DNA of 64,000 nucleotides from Candidatus Lloydbacteria bacterium RIFCSPHIGHO2_02_FULL_50_18 (GTDB lineage Bacteria; Patescibacteriota; Minisyncoccia; Phycocordibacterales; UBA6899): NCBI GenBank assembly GCA_001821395.1, contig MHLM01000014.1, positions 1 to 64,000 of the forward strand, read 5' to 3'. Shown piece by piece: positions 37,128 to 46,435 of this stretch (position 1 is its first letter; each line of letters starts with the position of its first letter). The notes under the pieces were generated by a model. It saw only the letters and a program-made list of their open reading frames with translations, ran no database searches and was not told where the DNA came from. The position numbers and the translations under genes were made by a program.

Positions 37128-38948
37128 ATGAATATCCTAGGAATTTCCTGTTTTTATCATGACTCCGCCGCCGCCCTTATTGTGGACGGGAAGATCGTTG
37201 CGGCTGCGCAGGAGGAACGCTTTACGCGCAAAAAGCATGATGAGCGTTTTCCTGAACATGCAGTTGCCTATTGCCTTACGGAGGCGGGCATCACCATCGA
37301 TGATATTGATATCGTCACTTTTTATGATAAGCCATTTCTTAAATTTGAACGCCTGCTCGAAACATATCTCGATTACGCGCCAATCGGGGTCGCGTCATTT
37401 GTGAAGGCGATGTCGGTCTGGCTCAAACAGAAATTATGGATCCCTCAGATGATCAAGGATGAACTTGGATATGCTGGGAAGATCCTTTTCACTGAGCATC
37501 ATCAGTCGCATGCTGCATCGGCATTTTTTCCGTCGCCATTTCAGGAGGCCGCAGTGCTCACGGTTGATGGCGTCGGTGAGTGGGCGACGACGACATGGGG
37601 AGTGGGGAAGGGGAATGTACTTGAGTTCAAAGAAGAGATTCATTTTCCACACTCGCTTGGTTTGTTTTATTCTGCATTCACCTATTACACCGGCTTTAAG
37701 GTGAATTCCGGAGAATACAAAGTCATGGGACTGGCGCCCTATGGGGAACCGAAGTACGTTGACCTCATGTACAAGCATTTGATCGACGTGAAAGAAGATG
37801 GCTCCTTCAAGCTCAATATGGAGTATTTCAATTATCCCGTGGGGCTCACGATGACGAATCGCAAACTCGATGTGTTATTTGGCGGACCGGCACGCAAGCC
37901 CGAGTCGCCTCTCACACAGAAGGAAATGGATATCGCCGCATCGCTTCAGGTGGTGACTGAAGAGATCATCCTTAAGATCGCGCGGCATATTCACAAGGAA
38001 ACGGGAATGACCAAGCTTTGCTTGGCCGGGGGGGTTGCCCTTAATTGCGTCGCAAATGGCCGCATACTGCGTGAAGGTCCCTTTGATGAGATATGGGTCG
38101 AACCGGCATCCGGAGACGCAGGGGGTGCACTAGGGGCTGCTCTTTCGACCTGGTATGAATATCTGGGAAATCCGCGCACGGCAGACGGCGTGCACGATCA
38201 AATGCGGGGGGCGTATTTGGGGCCTGAATTTTCAAATGAGGAGATCAAAACAATGCTTGATGAGCTGAACGCTCCCTCAGTGTTCGCCTCTGACGCAAAA
38301 CTCTATGACACCGTGGCAAGTTATCTTGAACACGGGGCAGTGGTCGGATGGTTTCAGGGGCGAATGGAATTCGGTCCACGCGCGCTTGGTGACCGCTCCA
38401 TTCTGGGGGATCCGCGTAATCAGGAGATGCAGTCGAAGATGAATGTGAAGATTAAGTTCCGTGAAAGTTTCCGACCGTTCGCGCCGTCTGTCCTGCGTGA
38501 AAAAGCGGATGAATATTTTGAACTTGACGGGCATTCGTCGCCATACATGCTCCAAACGGCATACGTCGCAAAAGGTCGCCGTCGTGAGATGTCTGAAGAA
38601 GAAAAAAAGCTCTGGGGTATTGCAAAATTAAATATTGTCCGCTCTGATCTTCCTGCTATCACTCATGTCGATTATTCCGCTCGCGTACAAACGGTCTCCG
38701 CAGATGTCTCACCGCGCTATCATGCGTTGCTTTCCGCATTCGAAAAAAGAACGGGATGTGCCGCGCTCGTGAATACGTCATTCAATGTTCGGAGCGAGCC
38801 GATCGTCTGCACGCCACGTGATGCATTCCTCTGCTTTATGCGCACTGATATGGATTACCTTGTGCTCGGGAATTACATTCTCGATAAGAAGATGCAGTCG
38901 GAATGGAAAGAATCTCTAGATTGGAAGAGTAAGTATGAGCTAGATTAG
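37128..38948 (+). CDS. carbamoyltransferase (NodU/CmcH/SxtI family)
   Basis: ILGISCFYHDSAAALIVDGKIVAAAQEERFTRKKHD N-terminal domain and the C-terminal carbamoyltransferase domain. Confidence 0.85.
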   Translation: MNILGISCFYHDSAAALIVDGKIVAAAQEERFTRKKHDERFPEHAVAYCLTEAGITIDDIDIVTFYDKPFLKFERLLETYLDYAPIGVASFVKAMSVWLKQKLWIPQMIKDELGYAGKILFTEHHQSHAASAFFPSPFQEAAVLTVDGVGEWATTTWGVGKGNVLEFKEEIHFPHSLGLFYSAFTYYTGFKVNSGEYKVMGLAPYGEPKYVDLMYKHLIDVKEDGSFKLNMEYFNYPVGLTMTNRKLDVLFGGPARKPESPLTQKEMDIAASLQVVTEEIILKIARHIHKETGMTKLCLAGGVALNCVANGRILREGPFDEIWVEPASGDAGGALGAALSTWYEYLGNPRTADGVHDQMRGAYLGPEFSNEEIKTMLDELNAPSVFASDAKLYDTVASYLEHGAVVGWFQGRMEFGPRALGDRSILGDPRNQEMQSKMNVKIKFRESFRPFAPSVLREKADEYFELDGHSSPYMLQTAYVAKGRRREMSEEEKKLWGIAKLNIVRSDLPAITHVDYSARVQTVSADVSPRYHALLSAFEKRTGCAALVNTSFNVRSEPIVCTPRDAFLCFMRTDMDYLVLGNYILDKKMQSEWKESLDWKSKYELD

Positions 38949-38977
38949 CTCGCTAAAATTTTCTCAAGCTTTATATT

Positions 38978-40198
38978 ATGACCGACTTCAAAAAGAATCT
39001 TTTACTCAGTTGCGTTTCACTTCTTTTCTCCCTTGCCGCAGGGGAGGTGATCATTCGTATATATGAAAACAGCGCAAAAGATGTGTCTCAGGGGATCAGT
39101 GATCCGATACTCCTCTATCGGATGTCCGGCGGAGAATTTGATGCGAACGGTTTTCGCAATAGAGAGGTTCCCGCAGAGGCAGATATCGTTGCGCTCGGAG
39201 ACTCCTTCACCCAGGGCATTAATGCGACGATGGGGGAAGCGTGGCCAAGGGTGGTCGGCACACTCTCTTCGACGACAGTTTACAATATGGGCATCAGCGG
39301 CTATGGCGCCGTCCAGTATGCAGCGCTCTCAAAACAGGCTTTTGATCTGCATCCTAAAATTGTCATTGTCGGGTTTTATCTTGGTAATGATCTCTACGAT
39401 GCATACAATGTCACATATCATCTCCCCACCTGGAAGGCGTTGCGCGATCCCGGCTTTATTGACCCCAACGTGAAAGACGAAATGATGTTTGATCCGGCCT
39501 TGCGCATGGAATCGCTTGCGGGAGCGAAGCAGGGAACCATGAAGTATAATATTTTCGCAACGCGTTTATGGATACGCAATCACATCCGTCTGTACGCGCT
39601 TCTCGGTGATGCGACTCGTGCATTGCGGGAGAAGTCGGGTATCGCGCGTACTGCAGATGACCAGATGAATGACTTGAACAGCGGAAGCAAAGAAGACCCG
39701 AATATTGCGATAGGGTATGACGGAGACCCTGCGATCAAAACGATATTAAGTCCCGTATATCGGTACGACGCAGTGGATCTTTCCGCAACGACGACAAAGG
39801 AAGGGTGGAGGATCACACGCGATCTATTTACAGTAATGAACAATGCATCTACTGCTTCCGGGACAACACTGGTCATCGTTGCGATCCCGACAAAGGAAGC
39901 TATGTACTTAAAGCACATGCATAATGTCAACGAATCTATTCCTCAAAAATTCATAGCATATGAGGCGGCGGAATCGAAGCTCCTTTCAAGCTTTATGGAT
40001 TTTTGTGCAGAGCAAAAGATTCGCTGCATGAGTCCGCTTCCGGACCTCGCGAAGGCACTCGATGAACATCAGACGATCGTTCGACCTGTCATGGATGGAC
40101 ACCCGCTCCCGTCCGGATATCGGGTCATTGCCGAAAGTGTCTACAAATATCTGCGCACGCAGAATTTACTCCCCGTAACGAACATTTCATCAAAATGA
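38978..40198 (+). CDS. SGNH/GDSL hydrolase-family protein, membrane anchored
   Basis: N-terminal TM helix and the GDSFTQG block. Confidence 0.55.
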   Translation: MTDFKKNLLLSCVSLLFSLAAGEVIIRIYENSAKDVSQGISDPILLYRMSGGEFDANGFRNREVPAEADIVALGDSFTQGINATMGEAWPRVVGTLSSTTVYNMGISGYGAVQYAALSKQAFDLHPKIVIVGFYLGNDLYDAYNVTYHLPTWKALRDPGFIDPNVKDEMMFDPALRMESLAGAKQGTMKYNIFATRLWIRNHIRLYALLGDATRALREKSGIARTADDQMNDLNSGSKEDPNIAIGYDGDPAIKTILSPVYRYDAVDLSATTTKEGWRITRDLFTVMNNASTASGTTLVIVAIPTKEAMYLKHMHNVNESIPQKFIAYEAAESKLLSSFMDFCAEQKIRCMSPLPDLAKALDEHQTIVRPVMDGHPLPSGYRVIAESVYKYLRTQNLLPVTNISSK

Positions 40199-40614
40199 AA
40201 CGCATACTCGAGACAATGAAAGGGGAGTTTCGAACTCTCGATACGAGCAAAAAACAGTTGCAAAAGTTTGGGCTACTGGTCGGAGGGATCATTCTTCTTA
40301 TCGTCGGATTCCTTGGACTAGTACTCCATAGGGAGCTCCATGCGGTGATGCCAATGATCGGAGTGGCATTAGTTGTCCTGAGTCTTGTCGCTCCGCGAAT
40401 ACTTCTGTGGCCATATTACGCATGGATGGGATTTGCTATCATCATTGGGTACTTCATTGGAAACATCCTTCTCATCGTACTGTTTTATGTTTTTGTCACT
40501 CCGATCGCTCTTCTCCGTTCGCTATTTCGAAAGAGTGAAACGAAGTCTGCGAACAGCTATTGGATAAAGCGCGAAAAAGGGTGGACGAAAGAGAGTATGG
40601 AGCAACTCTTCTAA
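40195..40614 (+). CDS. SxtJ-like small membrane protein
   Basis: ~140-aa protein with three TM helices, placed right after the carbamoyltransferase and before a DUF5989-like gene, as in sxtI-sxtJ-sxtK-type modules. Family recall only. Confidence 0.4.
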   Translation: MKRILETMKGEFRTLDTSKKQLQKFGLLVGGIILLIVGFLGLVLHRELHAVMPMIGVALVVLSLVAPRILLWPYYAWMGFAIIIGYFIGNILLIVLFYVFVTPIALLRSLFRKSETKSANSYWIKREKGWTKESMEQLF

Positions 40615-40643
40615 TCAACATTCGCTTGTGCTAAGCTCTTGAT

Positions 40644-40802
40644 ATGCAAAAATTAGCCATGTTGGGGCAGTTCATTAAATTCCTTGCCGCACGCAAGAAG
40701 TTTTGGTTGATCCCCATTATCATCGTTTTCTTTCTTGTCGGAATTCTTCTTGTCACTACCCACGGCTCCGTGGTTGCGCCATTTATCTATACGCTGTTTT
40801 AA
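40644..40802 (+). CDS. DUF5989 (SxtK-like) small membrane protein, 52 aa
   Basis: Not in the ORF track because it is under 60 aa. MQKLAMLGQFIKFLAARKKFWLIPIIIVFFLVGILLVTTHGSVVAPFIYTLF matches the KKxWLxP...APFIYTLF pattern of DUF5989. Confidence 0.5.
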   Translation: MQKLAMLGQFIKFLAARKKFWLIPIIIVFFLVGILLVTTHGSVVAPFIYTLF

Positions 40803-41134
40803 TTTTCCGCCACATCCTCGTCGAGATACTCTGTTATATTCCAGGCGTGGCGATTATTATCGAGCTCCCTAGTCACGTATGAATAATTGCTTGCCACTAG
40901 ATTCTTACCAACTTCGGCTATATTTGGAAGATCCAATAAGGATGTTGTTGGAATAATATTTATTGCGCCTTGGTCTTTAAAATCGAGAATACCCACGACG
41001 TTACATCCAGCATCTGACCCCACCCACTTGGAGATTTTTTTCTCGCAACGCCCTTTGTGTATTGGAGTGAATTTCAAAGATGCCTCGCTAGAATGAGTAT
41101 GGTAGAGTGGGGAGGCGATGATGAATGTTATCAA
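40799..41134 (-). CDS. hypothetical protein (111 aa), possibly spurious
   Basis: The only ORF spanning a 315-bp gap. No domain, and no convincing RBS. Confidence 0.2.
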   Translation of the reverse strand: MITFIIASPLYHTHSSEASLKFTPIHKGRCEKKISKWVGSDAGCNVVGILDFKDQGAINIIPTTSLLDLPNIAEVGKNLVASNYSYVTRELDNNRHAWNITEYLDEDVAEN

Positions 41135-41828
41135 TAAGTGGAAAAGTGAATTCGATCAGCGAAAAATATATAGCGTTCCTAAGCGGGGGCCATTTTATGA
41201 TCTCGCAAAAAACTATTTGCCGGACAACAAGGATGCGATCGTTGTGGATGTTGGTCCCGGAGAGGGGTGGTTTGCGACGCACTGCGAACTGAAAAAATTT
41301 CGTAATCATAAACTTTTGGATATCAACGAAAGTACTGTCAATCAACTTACAAAAAAAGGATTCAATGCGGAACATTATTGTGCACCAGAACGGCTTCCTT
41401 TTGCCGATGTTTCGGTTGCCTATATTCACCTGAGTCATATCGTTGAACATTTGCCGTATCAGGAGCTTTATGGATTCTTGAAAGAAATGGATCGCGTCCT
41501 GGAGGGTGGGGGAATGGTGGTGATAAGCACGCCAATGCTCTGGGATCGGTTCTATGATGACTTGAGTCACGTGAAGCCGTACAATCCTCAAGTCTTCATC
41601 AATTATCTTACAAGGAGCAAGGAGAATGCCACACAGTCCCCAGTATCAACCAATTTTATCATGAGGGAATTGCAGTTTCGTTTTCGCGCGGTTGACGCCA
41701 CAGAGTGGGGGTCAAGGTACTTCATAGTCGATATACTGATGCGGAGCTTTCGTATTCTCCGCTCAAGGTTGGGATTCCGGCGATACATAAAAAACGGATA
41801 TACGATGGTGCTTGAAAAGAACGGGTAG
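41118..41828 (+). CDS. class I SAM-dependent methyltransferase
   Basis: VVDVGPGEGWF motif I and LEGGGMVVISTP. Confidence 0.55.
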   Translation: MMNVINKWKSEFDQRKIYSVPKRGPFYDLAKNYLPDNKDAIVVDVGPGEGWFATHCELKKFRNHKLLDINESTVNQLTKKGFNAEHYCAPERLPFADVSVAYIHLSHIVEHLPYQELYGFLKEMDRVLEGGGMVVISTPMLWDRFYDDLSHVKPYNPQVFINYLTRSKENATQSPVSTNFIMRELQFRFRAVDATEWGSRYFIVDILMRSFRILRSRLGFRRYIKNGYTMVLEKNG

Positions 41829-42011
41829 TCTCGAAAAAGCAGGATCATAAGCGCAACAAATGCTAATAATCGCAACCTTTTTTCTTCACAATGGTTGTAG
41901 TATAGTGTCTCCACTCGAGGCTTTGTTGTCGTACCATCCGTTCAGGGTAAATCCTCGGTGGTCGGTGGTTTCTTGGCCTATGTGATGGCCGAGCAGCCAC
42001 TCCAAGCATCT

Positions 42012-43178
42012 ATGCAACAAAAAAAGATAAAAATACTTTTCGCAATAAATTGCATGAACATCGGCGGGGCACCATCGGTGGTGTTTGCGCAAATAAAATA
42101 TCTTGATAAAGAAAAATTCGAACCGCACTTGCTCATGTTGTACCCCTCGAAAGAGGCAAATTTTCTAAAACAATTGGATTTTTTACCAAAAGAACACATC
42201 ATACAATTTAAACTCTGTAATCGTAGCATTTTTGATATTTCCACACTGAGAAATATATATCGATATCTTCGCCGAGAACGTTTTGATGTTGTTTATACGC
42301 ACCTTTTTTTGGCAAATTTTCTTGTACGCATGCTCGCTATCATCGCACGGGTGCCAATCATTCTTAGTTTTGAACATAGTACCTATTTCAATAAATCCTC
42401 TTGGCAGATCATCGCTGATCGCATATTGGCAAAATGGACGGATCGGATTGTGGTATCCACTCAAGAAGTTGCCGATTTTACATCAACCCAAGAATATCTT
42501 CCCGGCGAACTTTTTTCAGTAATACGTAACCCAGTAACAATTCCGGTGCAAACCCTTGTCGATGAAAATGAATTATGGGATCTTACTGGGTTTGATCGAG
42601 GCGGAGTACTCTTTCTTACTATCGGGAGATTTTCTGAGGAAAAGGGTCAGCACATACTCCTAGAAGCAGCAATGCGTGTTCATGTTTTAAACCCGAAGTC
42701 AAAATTTTTAATTGTGGGGCATGGACCTCAAGAGGGCATACTTCGAGGTCTTGTATCCAAGAATAATATGGATGAATATTTTCGAATACTTCATATGCCA
42801 GAGCGTGCAAAGGAATTTCTTTATATTGCGGATTGGTTCGTACTTCCTTCCTTGCGTGAAGGACAATCTATCGTTGTGGAGGAGGCCATGCTGGCAGGGG
42901 TGCCCGTTATTACCTCTGCGTTGCCAGGAATGGGTCAGGTTGTCACCGCGGGGGAAAATGGATTTCTCGTAGAGACGGGGAATGTTGAGTCATTGCAGTC
43001 CGCGCTTTCTTGTGTACTTAACGAGGGTTTAGATAGAAAAAATTTTTCTGATAAAGCCCTCCTGACTGCTGAAAAACTTCTTAACACTGATGATCGGATG
43101 CGAAGATTTGAATCTTTATTATTGAGTCTGTATGCAGATAAAAAACGATCTGCGGTAAATTTTTCAAAAACACAGTAA
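42012..43178 (+). CDS. glycosyltransferase family 4
   Basis: KILFAINCMNIGGAPSVV N-domain. LREGQSIVVEEAMLAGVPVITS C-domain. Confidence 0.7.
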   Translation: MQQKKIKILFAINCMNIGGAPSVVFAQIKYLDKEKFEPHLLMLYPSKEANFLKQLDFLPKEHIIQFKLCNRSIFDISTLRNIYRYLRRERFDVVYTHLFLANFLVRMLAIIARVPIILSFEHSTYFNKSSWQIIADRILAKWTDRIVVSTQEVADFTSTQEYLPGELFSVIRNPVTIPVQTLVDENELWDLTGFDRGGVLFLTIGRFSEEKGQHILLEAAMRVHVLNPKSKFLIVGHGPQEGILRGLVSKNNMDEYFRILHMPERAKEFLYIADWFVLPSLREGQSIVVEEAMLAGVPVITSALPGMGQVVTAGENGFLVETGNVESLQSALSCVLNEGLDRKNFSDKALLTAEKLLNTDDRMRRFESLLLSLYADKKRSAVNFSKTQ

Positions 43179-43186
43179 GAGATCGT

Positions 43187-43906
43187 ATGAAAGAATATCA
43201 TTATCCCAGCAGACTGTTTCGTAAAGAATGGCATTGGTTTGAAAAACCACATGATATTCCCGGTGCTGATTTATTGAATTTTTTTTCATACGACAATATT
43301 AATGCGCCCGGCTTCAAAAAAAAGTCTGGGATGACGACGATCATCGACCTTGTGCAGACTGAAGATGTACTGTGGAGTAAGCTGCGCAAGAGATATGCGC
43401 GTGAGCAAATTGAGAAGGCAAAAAGGAATGGCATAGATGTGCATACCGATATTTCCTGGGAGCATCTCGTTGGTGTATATGAGAAATTTAGGAAAGGAAA
43501 AAAGATTTCTTCTGATGACCCGCGCGTTTTTCAGCATTGTCGCGTGTATGCTGCGCTCGTAAATAATGAAATTCTTGCGATGGGTGCATTTGTTGAAGAC
43601 GAAAAATATAGTCGCGCCTTAGTGTTGGCATCAGATCGATTTAGTAATGAAGGGAAGCGGAGGGAGTTGGTCGGACAGGCGAATCGCATGCTCATTTGGG
43701 AGGCGATGCGTGATGCGCGCTCACGAGGGATATTACAGTTTGACCTTGGTGGAATCGCGCTAGAAAGCGATAAACGGGAGGACAAATCCCTGCTTGAGTT
43801 CAAAGAAGCTTTTGGTGGCGAGCGAAAAGTCGGGTATTATTATACGAAAGTGAATTCTCGGTTGTTAAAACTTTTTATTAAAACAAGACGCTTTCTGCAT
43901 ATATGA
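43187..43906 (+). CDS. FemAB-like / GNAT-fold acyltransferase-family protein
   Basis: C-terminal LIWEAMRDARSRGILQFDLGGI resembles the FemABX/BioF2-like acetyltransferase (Acetyltransf_6) family. Weak. Confidence 0.35.
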   Translation: MKEYHYPSRLFRKEWHWFEKPHDIPGADLLNFFSYDNINAPGFKKKSGMTTIIDLVQTEDVLWSKLRKRYAREQIEKAKRNGIDVHTDISWEHLVGVYEKFRKGKKISSDDPRVFQHCRVYAALVNNEILAMGAFVEDEKYSRALVLASDRFSNEGKRRELVGQANRMLIWEAMRDARSRGILQFDLGGIALESDKREDKSLLEFKEAFGGERKVGYYYTKVNSRLLKLFIKTRRFLHI

Positions 43907-44826
43907 AGTTTCTAATAACCGTAGACACTGAAGCAGATAACCAGTGGAGGGCGAAAGGTCCGCTTACACTTCGCAGTATCGAAAAATTGCCTCATTTTCA
44001 AGAGGTTGCAGAACACTATGGTTTTCGTCCAACATATTTCATTACTCATGAGGTTGCCACGAATAAGGAGGTGACAGGAGTAATGCGCGAACTAGAGCGC
44101 GAAGGGAAGAGTGAGGTGGGAGCTCATCTGCACCCGTGGACGACACCGCCCTATTTTGATGAGTCGGAAGAGAGGCACCTGAAGCATTTTCCGTGCGAGC
44201 TTAATGATGAATTCTTGAAGAAAAAATTTGAGGTTCTCCATGATGCAATCACTACGGCGATGGGGCACGCACCAACGTCTTTCCGGGCAGGTCGCTGGGG
44301 GTATGATGGACGATTGGATCCGCTACTTGCTGAGCATGGCTATGTTGCGGACAGCTCTGTATCGCCATACATGAATTGGGTGCGGGGGATTAAAAAAGGA
44401 GAAGGGCGCAAGCTTCCGGATTTTCTTGACGCATCGCCCTTTCCGTATATTTCGCCACGCGGAATCGCGGAGGTCCCAATGAGCATTCTTCCCAAAGACG
44501 TGGCATGGATATCACGAGCAGGTGCACGCATGCTCGGGAGGGGGAGCTTTCGCGTGTCGTGGTGTAGAATTTTTTCCGAGACCTCGCTTGAAATGCTAAA
44601 GGATCTCTATTTTCGCGCAGAGGCCAAGCACCTCCCGTATCTGGTATTCATGACCCACTCCTCGGAGCTTTTAGTTGGTGGCTCCCCATACTCGAAGACC
44701 CCCGAGCTTGTCGCGCATTTTAACGAAGTCTTTGAGGGATTCCTCGATTTTCTCCAAAAACAGGGCATCGCCGGAGCGACGGCAACTGAGGCGGGAAGAG
44801 AAATTCTTGCGGAATCTCGCGCTTAA
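43903..44826 (+). CDS. polysaccharide-deacetylase-like (CE4 superfamily-like) protein
   Basis: FLITVDTEAD N-terminal acidic block and HLHPW histidine block. Assignment tentative. Confidence 0.3.
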   Translation: MKFLITVDTEADNQWRAKGPLTLRSIEKLPHFQEVAEHYGFRPTYFITHEVATNKEVTGVMRELEREGKSEVGAHLHPWTTPPYFDESEERHLKHFPCELNDEFLKKKFEVLHDAITTAMGHAPTSFRAGRWGYDGRLDPLLAEHGYVADSSVSPYMNWVRGIKKGEGRKLPDFLDASPFPYISPRGIAEVPMSILPKDVAWISRAGARMLGRGSFRVSWCRIFSETSLEMLKDLYFRAEAKHLPYLVFMTHSSELLVGGSPYSKTPELVAHFNEVFEGFLDFLQKQGIAGATATEAGREILAESRA

Positions 44827-46088
44827 TCCATTGTCCGATAATAGTAATACGTCAATGCCGTCGAAAAGACATATTGAAGAAGCGTTGCCCCCACCGCTCC
44901 CCAGATGCCAAGGAAATATATACCGATAACATCAAAAATCGTCAAGGATATGGAGTTAGCGAGATTCGTAAGGTAGACTGGCGTGCGATTCTTTCGGGTG
45001 AGAATTGCCGTAGACTGTAGTTTTGTAGGAAAGAAAAGAAATGTAAGGCCAAGTGCCTGCGCATAAATAAGCGAATCAAGGTATTGGGGAAATAAGAAGT
45101 GGAACGGGATGGGGAGCAGAGCAATATAGGCAATCGTAATCGGAATGAATATCACATATGCCTTCCATATTTTGGTATGAACCGCATTTCGCAGCTGGCG
45201 GGTACTTTTTTCAGCATATTTCGGCATAGCAAGCGTCGTCGTTGCTTTTAGCAGTGCTTTCATCGGTGCTGTGGTTGCGACCGCAAAGCCATAAGTTGCA
45301 AGTGCGATGGGACCCATGAGGTGCCAGACGAGTAACGAGTCTAGTTGGGTGGCTGATTGAGAAAATGCTCCGACCAAGCTGAGGCGTTTGCCATATGCAA
45401 CCGCGTCACCTGTATCAGTGTTTTGGGAGAGCGCCGGAAAGCGCTTGAGCACGCTGCGGTGAGCGAGATACCGGAATACGGTATAGGAAGCATAGTAAAA
45501 AAATATGATGACGATGACGTTTTTTGAGCAGAAGATGGTGATGATCAAAATGAGCGTTGCCCCCGCTTGCACGAGTGCGTTGTAGATTGCAGAAGGAATA
45601 AACTGTTTTTTTCCGGCAAAAACTGCAGACCAGAGAGAATATGCCTCGGAGAGTGGAAGGAATAATGCAACAATGAGTAGGGAGTATCCGATATCGGTAT
45701 TACCCATGAATATGTAGTAGCCACCGACGCCTATGGCTCCCAGTGATCCAAGCACCCCCCACGAGAGTTTTGCGGAGAGCGATTTCCTGTATGCCCCGAG
45801 TTCTCCCCGAGCGATAGCTTGCGTGAGCGAGGTTGGCATTCCCGTGAGTGTCGCAATGGTGAGAATCGAAACAATAGATAGAATGTATTTATATGACCCG
45901 TAAGTTTCTTTAGGTATGAGATTGGCCATTGCGGTCGCGAGGGCTAGTGCAAAGAGTGCGGAGACCACTTGTCCCAAAAAAATAGAGCCGCCCCCGGAAA
46001 GGAGATAGTGCATATCGATTCCGGTGCGCGCGTTCATGCCCTGCAAAAATTTCTCGATCCTGGGTGATTTCATGATGATGATAACCAC
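44823..46088 (-). CDS. wzx: Wzx-type polysaccharide flippase (MOP superfamily)
   Basis: 12-14 TM helices and the general Polysacc_synt family pattern. Position within a glycan locus. Confidence 0.65.
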   Translation of the reverse strand: MVIIIMKSPRIEKFLQGMNARTGIDMHYLLSGGGSIFLGQVVSALFALALATAMANLIPKETYGSYKYILSIVSILTIATLTGMPTSLTQAIARGELGAYRKSLSAKLSWGVLGSLGAIGVGGYYIFMGNTDIGYSLLIVALFLPLSEAYSLWSAVFAGKKQFIPSAIYNALVQAGATLILIITIFCSKNVIVIIFFYYASYTVFRYLAHRSVLKRFPALSQNTDTGDAVAYGKRLSLVGAFSQSATQLDSLLVWHLMGPIALATYGFAVATTAPMKALLKATTTLAMPKYAEKSTRQLRNAVHTKIWKAYVIFIPITIAYIALLPIPFHFLFPQYLDSLIYAQALGLTFLFFPTKLQSTAILTRKNRTPVYLTNLANSISLTIFDVIGIYFLGIWGAVGATLLQYVFSTALTYYYYRTMD

Positions 46089-46183
46089 AGCATATCAGCG
46101 AAGGTGGTGAGACAAAATATTATGGTTAGATCGTGTCAATTTAAAAATTTTCATAAAAAAATGATATTGCCATGTCGGCGATA

Positions 46184-46390
46184 TCATTTTATGTTATCAC
46201 GATAATGCGCGAATGTTTCAGCAAGTCCTTGATCGAAATTCTTCATGGGTTTCCAGCCGAGCTCTTTTATGGCCTTGCTCGAGTCAGGGGCATAGCGGAC
46301 CCGCCTGCCGTAGCACGGGCAAGTATCGTGGCTAGTGCGGGTGCGTGAGATCATCGCGGTGCTCGTTGTCGACAGGGAAGGGGTTGTCAA
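46184..46390 (-). pseudogene. remnant of the 3' end of rfbB (dTDP-glucose 4,6-dehydratase C-terminal fragment)
   Basis: The translated tail YAPDSSKAIKELGWKPMKNFDQGLAETFAHYRDN matches the C-terminus of the intact rfbB at 48840-49799 (YALDSSKATKELGWKPLKDFEQGIEETFAHYKDG). About 95 nt of DNA similarity, then divergence. Confidence 0.6.
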
Positions 46391-46435
46391 TTATTTGACA
46401 ATTAATCCTAACTTGGTTTACAATTACTTTACAAT

